A stretch of 41,611 nucleotides of DNA. Origin: a virus. Its lineage: Duplodnaviria; Caudoviricetes. Location of the stretch: the IMG/VR virus record IMGVR_UViG_3300022217_000089, positions 1 to 41,611 of that record; one strand, 5' to 3'. This document shows, in pieces, positions 15,588-25,340 of this stretch (within the stretch, counting starts at the first letter, position 1; the number at the start of each line of letters is the position of its first letter). Position numbers and translations under genes: made by a program. The notes below the pieces were generated by a model. The model made no database searches. It was not told the DNA's origin and saw nothing but the letters and a program-made list of their open reading frames with translations.

Positions 15588-17207
15588 CTATGAAAAATAA
15601 GATGCTCCAATGAAGTCAGTCTGAATACCAGCTATCGATTCCTCGTCCTTGTGTATGGTAACGTCGTTGGTATCATTTACGGCAAAAGCTTGGATTTCTA
15701 ATGCTTGCCAAGCCCCTTTATCATCACTGTCAACGTCAATACTTACAGTATAAGTCGTGTAAGTTGTATTTGTATCCGCTGTAGTAGCTGTGCCATAAGT
15801 GCCGTTTATACCAATACGCATTTGTTTGTTTGAAATTATACTGCCCTTCATTCTAAATTTACAGGTTAAAGCTGTAATATCATCTGGAATGAAAATTTCT
15901 GCCGACGCCGCTACTGTTTCCCATGTACTAGCCACTGCAATATTATGTACAATTTCCACAACCTTAATAGCTACGGGTCTTACATTTGTAGCAGGATTTT
16001 TCAGGACAAAATAAGTCCCGTCATAAACACATTCTGCCCAATGTCCTGCAGGTAAATCAATACCAAGACCAACCAATGTACCAGAAGAATCTAACTTGGC
16101 AATAGTTTTTGCCCCTTCCGCTAACCCGTTTACGATCAGGGTAGGAGTGGCAAGAGTATTGGCGTTTACTACTTTGAAAACTACTGATAATCCTGTGCGA
16201 TAGGCGTCAACTGCCGGACTTGGAGCAATAGCGTAAGCGTTGGCGCTACCTGTATCCAGAGCGTATCTGTTGTTGTCCCTTAGCCACGTTTCATAAAGGG
16301 CCGGATTAAGCAAGAGCATATCCGTACCGTCGTACTCAAAGCGCGCCCTCCATCCCGACGGAAGATCCCCGACAAGAAGCGCGGAACCGTCGAGACGTTT
16401 TATCGTCTTAGCCCCTAATCCGTTTACGTTCAACGTAGGAGTAGTTGACGAATTAGCGTAGGCTCCCATCTGGCAAGATAGTTTCATGCCGTCCGTATAG
16501 GCCGTAATCGCTGGAACCAGCGTCATAACATAAACATCTTGAGCCCCGCTTTCAGCAATGTATGTAAGCTCTCCGCTAGAAATCTGCTGTGCGCTTACTG
16601 CATGAATAAGACTCGTCGCATCTTCGACCTCAAGTGCAACCTTTGGTATGCTTGGGTTTGTCGCGGTCAGAATCCCCACATCAACAACGCTGAGACCGCT
16701 ATCAAGGCTTCCGCCGGATACCGTTACGGTTGTTGTGCTTGCGGCGAAGGAAACATTCGTTACAAGACAATAGACCGTACCAGCCGTTACCGTACATTTG
16801 AGTCGCCGGCCTTCCTGATAAGTCGTCCTTTTATCGTTTGGCACAGTAAACTGAGTCGCGGAAAGATATGTCGGAACATCAGCAGGGCTCAACCATTCAG
16901 AGGCTTCTGTATCCGCAGTCGCCGCCGGCGCGGAGGATACATTGTCTACTGGATAACCTGGAACCTGCACATCGTCAGAGGTAAGGAGATTCATTTTATA
17001 TAGGCCATCCATCCATATCTCTGCGGCGCCGAGCGTACTCAGGATTACCGGATTAGCATGAGGCGTTGTAAGCGCTTCATCCTGATATACATCTTTCGGC
17101 GTTGATGTTCCAGGCTCATAGAAATATGCCTTACCTCCAGAAACAGGGTCCCCATTTGCATCTAAAAATTGTGCGCGTGGCGGATAAAAGAGCGCTCCGT
17201 CTGCCAT
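15588..17207 (-). CDS. tail fibre/tailspike with P22 head-binding-like N-terminus and a duplicated internal domain
   Basis: QFLDANGDPVSGGKAYFYEPGT...NPVIL; two copies of AY..G...PTL.VNGL..KTI...DLP.G....YDGT..L.NPA. Confidence 0.85.
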   Translation of the reverse strand: MADGALFYPPRAQFLDANGDPVSGGKAYFYEPGTSTPKDVYQDEALTTPHANPVILSTLGAAEIWMDGLYKMNLLTSDDVQVPGYPVDNVSSAPAATADTEASEWLSPADVPTYLSATQFTVPNDKRTTYQEGRRLKCTVTAGTVYCLVTNVSFAASTTTVTVSGGSLDSGLSVVDVGILTATNPSIPKVALEVEDATSLIHAVSAQQISSGELTYIAESGAQDVYVMTLVPAITAYTDGMKLSCQMGAYANSSTTPTLNVNGLGAKTIKRLDGSALLVGDLPSGWRARFEYDGTDMLLLNPALYETWLRDNNRYALDTGSANAYAIAPSPAVDAYRTGLSVVFKVVNANTLATPTLIVNGLAEGAKTIAKLDSSGTLVGLGIDLPAGHWAECVYDGTYFVLKNPATNVRPVAIKVVEIVHNIAVASTWETVAASAEIFIPDDITALTCKFRMKGSIISNKQMRIGINGTYGTATTADTNTTYTTYTVSIDVDSDDKGAWQALEIQAFAVNDTNDVTIHKDEESIAGIQTDFIGASYFS

Positions 17208-17209
17208 GT

Positions 17210-20200
17210 TTATTCCTCCTTCGGTTTGAAACGCTGTCTGTTGAAGCGCTTAATCGCGTCTATATATTTTTCTTTTTCTTTGCCCTCAAGAGACATTAAA
17301 AATTCTATGAAGTCCGAGCTAAATTTCGGTATACCATTCTTATCTATCTTGAAGCCGACACGATAAGCAAATGGGTCCTTTATTCTCTTTATAACATTAA
17401 CGGCCTGCTTTTGGGTAAAGGTTTCTTTGTCGATCAGTTTGCCAAGTTCTTTAAATTCGCCTTTTTGCGCGAGCTCGGCGGCCTGATTTTTGACATCTAC
17501 ACTTAAGAGTTTCTTTTTATCCCGGTAGGTATAATAATCTTTTAGCATATCGCCCATCACAGGGTCCTTAGAACCTGTAGGCATCCCGCGCCTTACCCAT
17601 GTGCCAGTAAAAGGCAATAGCTTCTCGACAAGAGACCTTACCTCGCCCTCCCTGCCGGTGAAGGTATCAACTGGAGTCATGCCAGTGAACATGTGCATGG
17701 CAACGGCTTTGGCGGACTCCAGCCTGGTTGCGCCTTTTTTTCTGATTTTCTCGCCTCTATAGTCAGCGTTAATTACGACCTCGGCAATAGACCTCATTAT
17801 CGGCTCGGCTTTTGCTTTTGAAAATTCTATAACGTGGCCTTCCATGAGGGCGGCGTAATCGGTTATCTGCCTAAAGAGCCAGTTTTTGATATAGACTTTA
17901 CGTCCCTTGGCGTCGATTATTCCGGTATCAATGTCGAGCTTATGCCCCTCCTCGTTTTCCCATATATGGTGAACGTCGTCTGGCGAGTTAATCTTTTGTA
18001 GCATCATCTGTACGGCTTCCGCAGATACTACAGCCCCTATGACACCCTTGATTATAACTCGCCTATATTGGCTACTCATGGCCTTTAATTGAGCATCCGT
18101 GACATCCTCGAAGCGCAAAAATTTAGGCAATACTTGAGACCTGGCGAATCCCCCTGTGGCGCCCGTGAGCGTCCGCAGGTTTGAGACTGTCCAGTTGCGC
18201 GCGAACATGAGAGCAAAGAGCACCCGGCGCTGGTTCTTTGTGAACCATGTCTGAGGCAGGGTGCCAAGCAGGTCGTTGGTCATCATGGCCGCCGCTCTGC
18301 CGGCCTCGGCTTTGGTCATTGTCTTTTTACGACCAATAGTTGGAATTATCTTAAAGACGCCATCTGGACCTCGCCTGAATGACAATACTATCGAGCCCCT
18401 CTCAAAGCGTTCACGCAAAGTCTCAAAGACAAGCATCTGACCAGACTTTACAAATTTATCCCACAATATTCTATCACCAGTCTCTTTAATGGCTTTTAGT
18501 GGGTTTGTGACATGCTCTTTAAGAGATTTCGTGCTCGGTATCTTGAGTTCATAAGCGTCTAATTCTAGTCGTTTACTTACATCAAATAATCCTATTAATT
18601 CGACACCACTTTCCACCATTTCCATTTCGAGTCTAGCTATCTTTTCTGGTGTCATTTTCTGGAGTCGCTTAATCGGGTATTGTGTCCCGAGAGCCATCAT
18701 GACATTGCTTTCGGTATTGAATCCATGAATAAGGGGATTAAACATTATGACGCGCTTGACTCCGCCTCGGGTCTTGGCGAAACCTTTATAGAGAGGACCA
18801 GGAGGCCGACGGTCATGGAGGATATTATCTATCGTAGGCCAAAGGTCTTTATGTAAGCCAGTTGGCTCCGTGAATAGGACTGTCGCCTTTTTACCCTTCT
18901 TGGTCTCTATGGCTCTGCCGGCATGTTTCTGTAACTGCATCTCGTCAACATAAAGATAGTCGCCTTTTTCCTCAAATGGTATTTTACTGAACACCTGCAA
19001 GGCCGGTTGCCCATTCTCGGTCTTGGCAGTCTTTAAGTAATCCACAAGACGCTTGTTGGCTATGGCCTGCTCTGCGGTGTTTTGGTAAATAGCAACAAGG
19101 TCGGCAATATCTTCTACTACCTCATAGCCTAAATCTTTCCATTCTTGAAGTGTAAAATCTTTACCATCAGGCGTCTGTTTTCTTTGTCTGGTAAATCCTG
19201 GACGACTACTCAATGCGCCTAAACCTGGCTTTGCGGCTTTCCCTGCCGTTGGTTTACTAAGAATTATATGATTAACATAAGCCTCTCTTTGAGCATCCAA
19301 TATCCCTTCTTCCTTAAGTGTCTTGGCATAATTGGAATACATTTGTTGTATTTCATTGTGCATTTTCTTCTGCTCTGGAGTAAGAGCTTTAACCTTTTCT
19401 GGCGAGTCAAGGGCATGGGTTATCTCTGCGCGTTGCTTGGAGTCTGGTATTATATCAGTTATAGCTTTGTGAACGCGTTGAGCTTTAAGCTTCCCAGTAT
19501 TCTTATGTATACGCCACCTTTCAACAGCAGCAACTCCGCCTTTTCCTAATTTAGAAGTGGGATCGGATAGACCAAACCTCTTTCTCATGGACTTGGTAGC
19601 TTCTTTAATACCACTTATGTCAACAATACCCTTTTCGCTCTTGAGCGGATTCATAAAGTCGAAGGTCTTGCCTTCCTCTATCTCCTTTATCTCCTTAGCT
19701 CCTCTTGCCTTGAGGGACTCGCCTCCAGAGACTTGCATCTCCTTTGTGGGCTCAAGGGTCGTGGGCTTGGCCTTCTTCTCTGCCTTGAACGCTTTGGCCT
19801 TAGCCTTCATATCAGCCATGCGCTCGGCCTCAGTCCCCTTTACTGCTGGAGCCTTAGCTTTTGCAATCTCCTCCGGCGTGGCTTCTCTCTTTGGCAAGGC
19901 TGGCTCTTTCCCTGTGGTTTTATCCGTCTTAAAGGTCTCGTACTGTTTGACGAGATTTTCCAGCCCCGGATGCTCCGCTATCATCTCAGCCGGCAAGGGC
20001 TTGCCCTCACGAATAAGGTGCTCGGCTTCTTTAATCGCATCGAAACTCTCCGGTATATGCTTGTTTAATTCAATGATTCCTTCCTCGGTCATTTTCGGCT
20101 TGGCAGGAGCCTTGCCCTTCAATTTCTTCGGCCCACCCAATAAAGCCGCATAGCCAGCAAACTCGGCTACGATATTGAAAAACGCCGCGCCTGCATCCCT

Positions 20201-20932
20201 AAGATGCTCCTTTGCTTTTTGGGGGATTGGTAAAGTAGAAAGAAACATACCTTTATCAAGCGCATGTTCTTGAAACATCTCACCCATAGCCGCCGCCGGC
20301 TTTGCAATCATCCAGTCGAGAAATTTACCTACGCGCTCGCTGGCAACTTTTCCCTCTTTGCTCTTTGGTATGCGAACAAGAAATGGATGGATAGCTTCTC
20401 TGGTCTCCTCAATGGCCTTAGTTGCCTCATTGAGATCGCCCGTCGTGAGTAATTTATACACTCCCGGGAACCCGGCAATAGCCGATTCAGGGAAGAAAGA
20501 TGCTAAGGCGCCGGCCTGCTCCAAAGCGGCCTCTCCTAAACCAAAAGTCTCGCGGCCAAATTGCTTGACAAGCTCGCTCTGGTCCATACTGCCAATATCG
20601 GGGACCGCCTCAAGTGTCGCTCCCATAGGCGAACCTGCGGCTACGGCCTCGAAGTCACTCGGAACAGGGGTTATTTGAGGCGCTATAGGGGCGCCAGAAG
20701 GCGTTTGGGCGATATCAGTGCCAATGGCCGGAGTTTCCATTGCCGGCGCTCTGGTGACGTCCATAGGCGTTATTCCAATATATTCTTCTATCTCGGCCTG
20801 TAAATATCCTGAGTCACGCGCGAACTCCATCCGCTCAAGGATTTTAGCCTCTATTTCCTCCTCGCCGAATCCGGCGTCAAGAGCCGTCTCAATCTTACCA
20901 GCAAGGCCGGGGTATGCTTCCTGTAAGGGCAA
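17210..20932 (-). CDS. large internal virion / DNA ejection protein (P22 gp16 position)
   Basis: 1240 aa, Ala/Lys/Glu-rich and predicted helical; lies between the smaller ejection proteins and the tailspike. Confidence 0.65.
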   Translation of the reverse strand: MPLQEAYPGLAGKIETALDAGFGEEEIEAKILERMEFARDSGYLQAEIEEYIGITPMDVTRAPAMETPAIGTDIAQTPSGAPIAPQITPVPSDFEAVAAGSPMGATLEAVPDIGSMDQSELVKQFGRETFGLGEAALEQAGALASFFPESAIAGFPGVYKLLTTGDLNEATKAIEETREAIHPFLVRIPKSKEGKVASERVGKFLDWMIAKPAAAMGEMFQEHALDKGMFLSTLPIPQKAKEHLRDAGAAFFNIVAEFAGYAALLGGPKKLKGKAPAKPKMTEEGIIELNKHIPESFDAIKEAEHLIREGKPLPAEMIAEHPGLENLVKQYETFKTDKTTGKEPALPKREATPEEIAKAKAPAVKGTEAERMADMKAKAKAFKAEKKAKPTTLEPTKEMQVSGGESLKARGAKEIKEIEEGKTFDFMNPLKSEKGIVDISGIKEATKSMRKRFGLSDPTSKLGKGGVAAVERWRIHKNTGKLKAQRVHKAITDIIPDSKQRAEITHALDSPEKVKALTPEQKKMHNEIQQMYSNYAKTLKEEGILDAQREAYVNHIILSKPTAGKAAKPGLGALSSRPGFTRQRKQTPDGKDFTLQEWKDLGYEVVEDIADLVAIYQNTAEQAIANKRLVDYLKTAKTENGQPALQVFSKIPFEEKGDYLYVDEMQLQKHAGRAIETKKGKKATVLFTEPTGLHKDLWPTIDNILHDRRPPGPLYKGFAKTRGGVKRVIMFNPLIHGFNTESNVMMALGTQYPIKRLQKMTPEKIARLEMEMVESGVELIGLFDVSKRLELDAYELKIPSTKSLKEHVTNPLKAIKETGDRILWDKFVKSGQMLVFETLRERFERGSIVLSFRRGPDGVFKIIPTIGRKKTMTKAEAGRAAAMMTNDLLGTLPQTWFTKNQRRVLFALMFARNWTVSNLRTLTGATGGFARSQVLPKFLRFEDVTDAQLKAMSSQYRRVIIKGVIGAVVSAEAVQMMLQKINSPDDVHHIWENEEGHKLDIDTGIIDAKGRKVYIKNWLFRQITDYAALMEGHVIEFSKAKAEPIMRSIAEVVINADYRGEKIRKKGATRLESAKAVAMHMFTGMTPVDTFTGREGEVRSLVEKLLPFTGTWVRRGMPTGSKDPVMGDMLKDYYTYRDKKKLLSVDVKNQAAELAQKGEFKELGKLIDKETFTQKQAVNVIKRIKDPFAYRVGFKIDKNGIPKFSSDFIEFLMSLEGKEKEKYIDAIKRFNRQRFKPKEE

Positions 20933-21820
20933 TTATTTGCCTCCAAAAATATCATCCAGCGAATTGATCTTAAATTCATTCCTCAAGCTTACTGCCTCAG
21001 TCTCAAGGGTCTTAAGCGCGGCCTTGACCTCCTCGACGTTATTTACGTCTACACCTTCAATGCCCATGAGTTTTGCAAACTCTGCATCAACAGGCGTCCT
21101 TGAAAGCAACCTGGCTTTTGCTACGCCGATATCGGAAAGACGCTTGCGAGCTCCGCGTTTATTTTTAACCTTAGCCTCGGCTCTCTTAAGTTTCCGCTCC
21201 TCTGCGGTCCCCCTTCTGGTTTCTGCGGCGCCCTCTCTTGTCTCGGCGGCACCTATCAAGTCAAGGGCTTCTTTTGACATGTTAACCCTTGTGGCGGCCT
21301 CCTCCGGGTCGAATGTAGCCATCAAATCCTGCTCTGTAAAGCCGGCGTTCTTTAAAGCCTCGTTTGTCTTGTTGAGTAGGGGTTGCATCTTAATCATTGC
21401 TTCTGGACGAGGCACGCCTTTTCTTATGAGCTCGGAATATCCCTCGGTGAGCCCTAAATTGGCAAGGCCAAGTACGTTAAATTTCTTCTTGGCGTTTGTC
21501 AATTTCGTGCCCTTGAGCGTAGCCACCCCTTGCTCTATGGCGAGTTTATTTGCAGTGGTCTGGTCATGCATCTTTTTAAAATCAAAAGCCTCGTCAAAAA
21601 GATTGTTTTTGATAAAACCTCTCTCTGCCGCTTGCGGGTCGATGGTTCCTTGCGGAGTAACCGCACCACTTAGAATTTTTTGCCTCTTAAGAGCATTGGC
21701 GCCTAATCTCTCTGCGTCGGCAATCCTAAGCTGATTGATCCGATTGGTTAAGCGGTTGGCTCTTATATCCTCAGCCTTCATTGCTACGTCTGGTAAACTA
21801 AAAACCTGTCCGTCTGGCAT
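20933..21820 (-). CDS. DNA ejection protein (P22 gp20 position)
   Basis: Synteny; helical, Ala-rich composition. Confidence 0.55.
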   Translation of the reverse strand: MPDGQVFSLPDVAMKAEDIRANRLTNRINQLRIADAERLGANALKRQKILSGAVTPQGTIDPQAAERGFIKNNLFDEAFDFKKMHDQTTANKLAIEQGVATLKGTKLTNAKKKFNVLGLANLGLTEGYSELIRKGVPRPEAMIKMQPLLNKTNEALKNAGFTEQDLMATFDPEEAATRVNMSKEALDLIGAAETREGAAETRRGTAEERKLKRAEAKVKNKRGARKRLSDIGVAKARLLSRTPVDAEFAKLMGIEGVDVNNVEEVKAALKTLETEAVSLRNEFKINSLDDIFGGK

Positions 21821-21832
21821 TTTATTCCCTCC

Positions 21833-22657
21833 CTATAAAGCGAGTCTAGTATTTGTCGCTCTCGTCCCCATAGTTGTGTCAAGCCTAAATCTGCCACCTG
21901 TTGGAGCCGAAGTAGTTGATGGCGCTATGGGTCGATTCATCATCCTTTGAAAAGCAAGATTCCCTATTGTCCCCTGTATTGCCTGGTTTACGCCTGACAA
22001 GGTACTTGCCCTTACATTAGCGGCATTAATCGCCGCTTGTGCCTGCGCCTGACTAGCAAGGTTGATATTCTGTCCCATCTGACCTGCGATCTGCGTACCA
22101 GTTTGCGCTCCTGTTGTTACGGCTCCCCTGCCAGCCTCAGAGATACCAAAGAGTCTAGCAAATGTATCCTGCTGTTCGGTGCGGTATCTATCAAAGGCTC
22201 TACCAAACTCAGTTGAAGCAAACTTTTGGCCGAACTTAACAAGCTCCTCTCCTGTCTCTCCAGAAAGCAACTTTCCTCTGGCCGAAGCGCTACGCTCTAA
22301 TGCCTGTGTTCCTTCACGAAGACGAAATTTGTAGCTAGGATCTTCTGCTAAATCCTCACCAGTAAATCGCTTCGTTAATTCACCGAATCTTGCAGATGGC
22401 TTCCGGCCCGGCGTAGTAATACCGAGCAGGTCTCCAAGCATGCTAAGTGCTCCAGTGCCAAATTCACGGTAGGGAGCTAAATCTTCGCGCGTGAGGTCGA
22501 ATTGCTCTTTCAGCAAAGCGTTTGTTTCTCTTACTCCAGTTAATGTCGCCTCTGCCGCCTTTCTTGCGCCTCTCTCTGCGGCTTTGCCGCCAAAGATGCT
22601 GGACAAAATGCTTGCGCCTGCGCCTGCGGCTATTGCTAATGTTATTGGGTCTACCAT
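21833..22657 (-). CDS. DNA transfer/ejection protein (P22 gp7-like)
   Basis: Gly/Ala-rich N-terminus, DLAPYREFGTGAL, DPSYKFRLREGTQALERSASARGKLLSG. Confidence 0.8.
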   Translation of the reverse strand: MVDPITLAIAAGAGASILSSIFGGKAAERGARKAAEATLTGVRETNALLKEQFDLTREDLAPYREFGTGALSMLGDLLGITTPGRKPSARFGELTKRFTGEDLAEDPSYKFRLREGTQALERSASARGKLLSGETGEELVKFGQKFASTEFGRAFDRYRTEQQDTFARLFGISEAGRGAVTTGAQTGTQIAGQMGQNINLASQAQAQAAINAANVRASTLSGVNQAIQGTIGNLAFQRMMNRPIAPSTTSAPTGGRFRLDTTMGTRATNTRLAL

Positions 22658-22677
22658 TTAGCTCACCTCCTTATATT

Positions 22678-24102
22678 TTAAGCCGCTAATGCTTCTATCT
22701 CTGCGACGGCTCCTAGCATCACGACCTCTATAGGATCGGTAATCTTCAATTCCCATATACGGTCTCTGCCGTATCCAAGTCTTTTCCAAATAGCTCGATG
22801 ATTATATTCACCCTTTTTGCCAATAGAACGCCATTTCTCAGGAGTCCAACTGTGTCCTCCGTCGTCGCTCCATCTTAACATGGCCTGCGGGTCACTGCCT
22901 TGTCCCGTTGTAAGCCCAACGCCTGTCTGCATATCGACCTGCAAGCTTGAGTAAGCGATATTGTTTTCTCTATCCGACACTCGTTGCGTTCTGCGTATGC
23001 GTTCTATCGGGTCTCCATCATCGTCATAAATATCATCTCGCATTTTATAAAGCTTACCACTTTCAAAATCGCCAACAATGTGTTCGTCATTAAAATAATA
23101 ATATGCGTTTGCTCTATGCCTTATAGCCCCACCTTCCCTATAGCTCTGTCTTTCATGCCATGCTCCGGTTGTAATATCGAAAACCCATGTTTGATTGCCT
23201 GCCGGAAACGTAATAACGTAAAAAGTATGACCACGCGAAGTATAACAATATGCAAAAGCATCTGATGTGGTTGTCATTTTATTCATTGCATCTTCAACCG
23301 CATGGGTCGAAACTCTTAGAGCCCCATAACCTTCTTTTTTGAGTATAACATGGCCTCCAGTTTTATTCCTCCCAAGCCAAAAAGCAGTATCTACGGCTTC
23401 GGCAAGAGAAAATCTAGCCTCCAGTCCCCACTTCATTACGCCGCCACTTATTCTATCAAATGGGAAGGATGCACCTGAATTATAATAAATCTCCGTTGTA
23501 TATCTGCCGAAAGCATGAATTGTACCCTGTAGATTCCGCAGAGCAACAAGACCGTCCGGGCTACTCTCTGCTGTTATGAAATCTGTAGCAGTCCAATTGA
23601 GACCATTAAGAAGCGCTGATATATACCATCGGCCCGTATCTGGTTTGTTGACTGCAAAATATCCATCTATGAAAACTACCGTGTCGGCTCCAGGAAAATC
23701 TGAGTCTGTAATCTCCACAAAAACTTCTGTATCTAAATTATATATATAGCCGTCTTCGCCATCGACAATCATTATCTGCGTGCCATTATCATCCATTGAA
23801 ATTCTACTAGATGAAGAATTGAGCGTACCGCGTTCTGTAACCGTGCCGCCACGATCTATCTCATAAAACGTATCGCCTGACACTGCAAATAAATTTCTAG
23901 ATGGAACGTGATGCTCTCCCCTTATGGCTGAACCACCTAATGTTGCAAATAATTCAAGACCTGGCGTGCCAAAGAGCGCGATATTACTTTTCCCTTCATA
24001 ACCTCCGGTCTCTAAATAGAGATTAATGCACCTTTGAGCGTTGAGCTTTTTGCTCTTCACCTCATAGGCCGGCCCGACAAATGGTATATTAAGTTTTTGC
24101 AT
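22678..24102 (-). CDS. packaged DNA stabilization / tail hub protein (P22 gp10-like)
   Basis: QRCINLYLE, TPGL, DGYF, AESSPD, HTFYVITFP, TWVFD...WHER, LRWSDDGGHSW. Confidence 0.88.
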   Translation of the reverse strand: MQKLNIPFVGPAYEVKSKKLNAQRCINLYLETGGYEGKSNIALFGTPGLELFATLGGSAIRGEHHVPSRNLFAVSGDTFYEIDRGGTVTERGTLNSSSSRISMDDNGTQIMIVDGEDGYIYNLDTEVFVEITDSDFPGADTVVFIDGYFAVNKPDTGRWYISALLNGLNWTATDFITAESSPDGLVALRNLQGTIHAFGRYTTEIYYNSGASFPFDRISGGVMKWGLEARFSLAEAVDTAFWLGRNKTGGHVILKKEGYGALRVSTHAVEDAMNKMTTTSDAFAYCYTSRGHTFYVITFPAGNQTWVFDITTGAWHERQSYREGGAIRHRANAYYYFNDEHIVGDFESGKLYKMRDDIYDDDGDPIERIRRTQRVSDRENNIAYSSLQVDMQTGVGLTTGQGSDPQAMLRWSDDGGHSWTPEKWRSIGKKGEYNHRAIWKRLGYGRDRIWELKITDPIEVVMLGAVAEIEALAA

Positions 24103-24821
24103 TAATCCCCCGACTTCGCATCTGTGATACTTGAATAATTGCCTTGCTCGATACCGTCAGTACAGTCCGGTACTAAAAGTTTGACCTCTAAGTTGACCTG
24201 CTCTATGGCGGCAATAGAATCGGCGGCAACTGCCGCCGTAGATTCTGGAACCTCTTTACCCCAATGTCCGGCCAAGCGAATAGCAAGTTGAGAATATATC
24301 GCCTCCTCATATCCGTTGGGCAAAACAACAGTATCCGTAACCGACGTAAAAGTAGTAAACGGCTTCCACATGACGAGATAAATTGTATCGGCATCTGTAG
24401 GCGCGCGATTCAATAATATCGTCCCGCGTGAAGACGTAAATGTGCGCTCGAAATAAAGTTTATAAGGCCGAGCGTCGATGTCTTTATCAACGATAGATTC
24501 ATACTCTGCCCTATCTTCGATAACTTTTATCGGCCAGTCCTTACCGTCGGAGTCCTGAATATAAGCCGTTTCGATTTTAACCGGCCTTTCAGTGCTAAAA
24601 TCTCCGCCGGTTCCTATTGTATAACTCGCCTGCCCTATGACCAGCGAGAAACTTTCCTTAACCGACGAGAGGATGCGGTTACGCTTGTTACCCCAAGTCC
24701 CCAACATCATGTTAAGGATTACAAGAGCATCGGCCTCGTCTGTCGGGTCTACGCTATCGCCGGCGGCTTTTAAAGTTAAGGCGCTCATCGCTAAAGCTAT
24801 CAGGTCTCTTGGTGTTGACAT
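24102..24821 (-). CDS. head-to-tail adaptor (P22 gp4-like)
   Basis: TPRDLIALAM...DAL..LNMMLGTW, YTIGTGGDF..RP, LPNGYEEAI...LAIRLA. Confidence 0.8.
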   Translation of the reverse strand: MSTPRDLIALAMSALTLKAAGDSVDPTDEADALVILNMMLGTWGNKRNRILSSVKESFSLVIGQASYTIGTGGDFSTERPVKIETAYIQDSDGKDWPIKVIEDRAEYESIVDKDIDARPYKLYFERTFTSSRGTILLNRAPTDADTIYLVMWKPFTTFTSVTDTVVLPNGYEEAIYSQLAIRLAGHWGKEVPESTAAVAADSIAAIEQVNLEVKLLVPDCTDGIEQGNYSSITDAKSGD

Positions 24822-24837
24822 AACCACTCCTTTTTAT

Positions 24838-24863
24838 GAGGCGACGGCGCTACCCGCCGCCCC
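24838..24863 (-). promoter_or_regulatory. GC-rich intergenic hairpin in the late mRNA
   Basis: GGGGCGGCGG-GTAGCG-CCGTCGCCTC on the minus strand, just before the gp4 SD. Confidence 0.45.
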
Positions 24864-24867
24864 TAAA

Positions 24868-25263
24868 TTATTCGTCCTTCTTGGCTTCGTCGGCCTTGAG
24901 CTTATTCTGTATCTGGACAAGCAACTTTGCCTTTGTCGCGTCCTCCACAGGAGTAAGCCCGAGATAATAAACCTTCTCCTCCAAGGTAGTCTTGCCGAGC
25001 CTCGCAAGCGCTGTATCGGTAAGGCTTAACCAGTCCGGCTCTGTACCGTTGGCCCCCCTCTCCTCTTCCTTCTCGGCTTTCTTGCCGCACTTAGCAGGAG
25101 TATCGACGTATTTGCCGGAATCGTAACATTCCTGCGCCTCATCTGCGTCCGCGCAATGTCTAACGGAACCATCCGTGACGTCGTACACGTCTGTCCTGGT
25201 GTTGCGGTTAGCCTCCACCATTCTTTCATTCTCGATCTCAAGTGGTGTCTTTCTTCTTTCCAT
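24868..25263 (-). CDS. hypothetical protein downstream of the coat gene
   Basis: AAGGAG SD; charged; C-terminal TKAKLLVQI resembles a Rho-N/HeH-like element. Confidence 0.7.
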   Translation of the reverse strand: MERRKTPLEIENERMVEANRNTRTDVYDVTDGSVRHCADADEAQECYDSGKYVDTPAKCGKKAEKEEERGANGTEPDWLSLTDTALARLGKTTLEEKVYYLGLTPVEDATKAKLLVQIQNKLKADEAKKDE

Positions 25264-25279
25264 GACTCTCCTTTATGAA

Positions 25280-25310
25280 AGTGACGGCGGCTGGCCTAAC
25301 CGCCGCCACT
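25280..25310 (-). terminator. hairpin downstream of the coat gene (partial terminator or mRNA stabilizer)
   Basis: AGTGGCGGCGGTT-AGGCC-AGCCGCCGTCACT followed by TTC on the minus strand. Confidence 0.55.
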
Positions 25311-25340
25311 CCGAGTTTAAGTTGTCCTACGTTAAGAAGA

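Noticed and set aside
12364-17207. Diversity-generating retroelement acting on the tail fibres
   Set aside because: No reverse transcriptase ORF, and no ~100-bp near-identical TR/VR pair with adenine-specific mismatches was seen.
20718-21734. 338-aa plus-strand ORF, and similar long antisense ORFs such as 19557-20153, 32854-33498 and 5731-6327
   Set aside because: Antisense shadows of well-supported genes, with no recognisable motifs or convincing SD.
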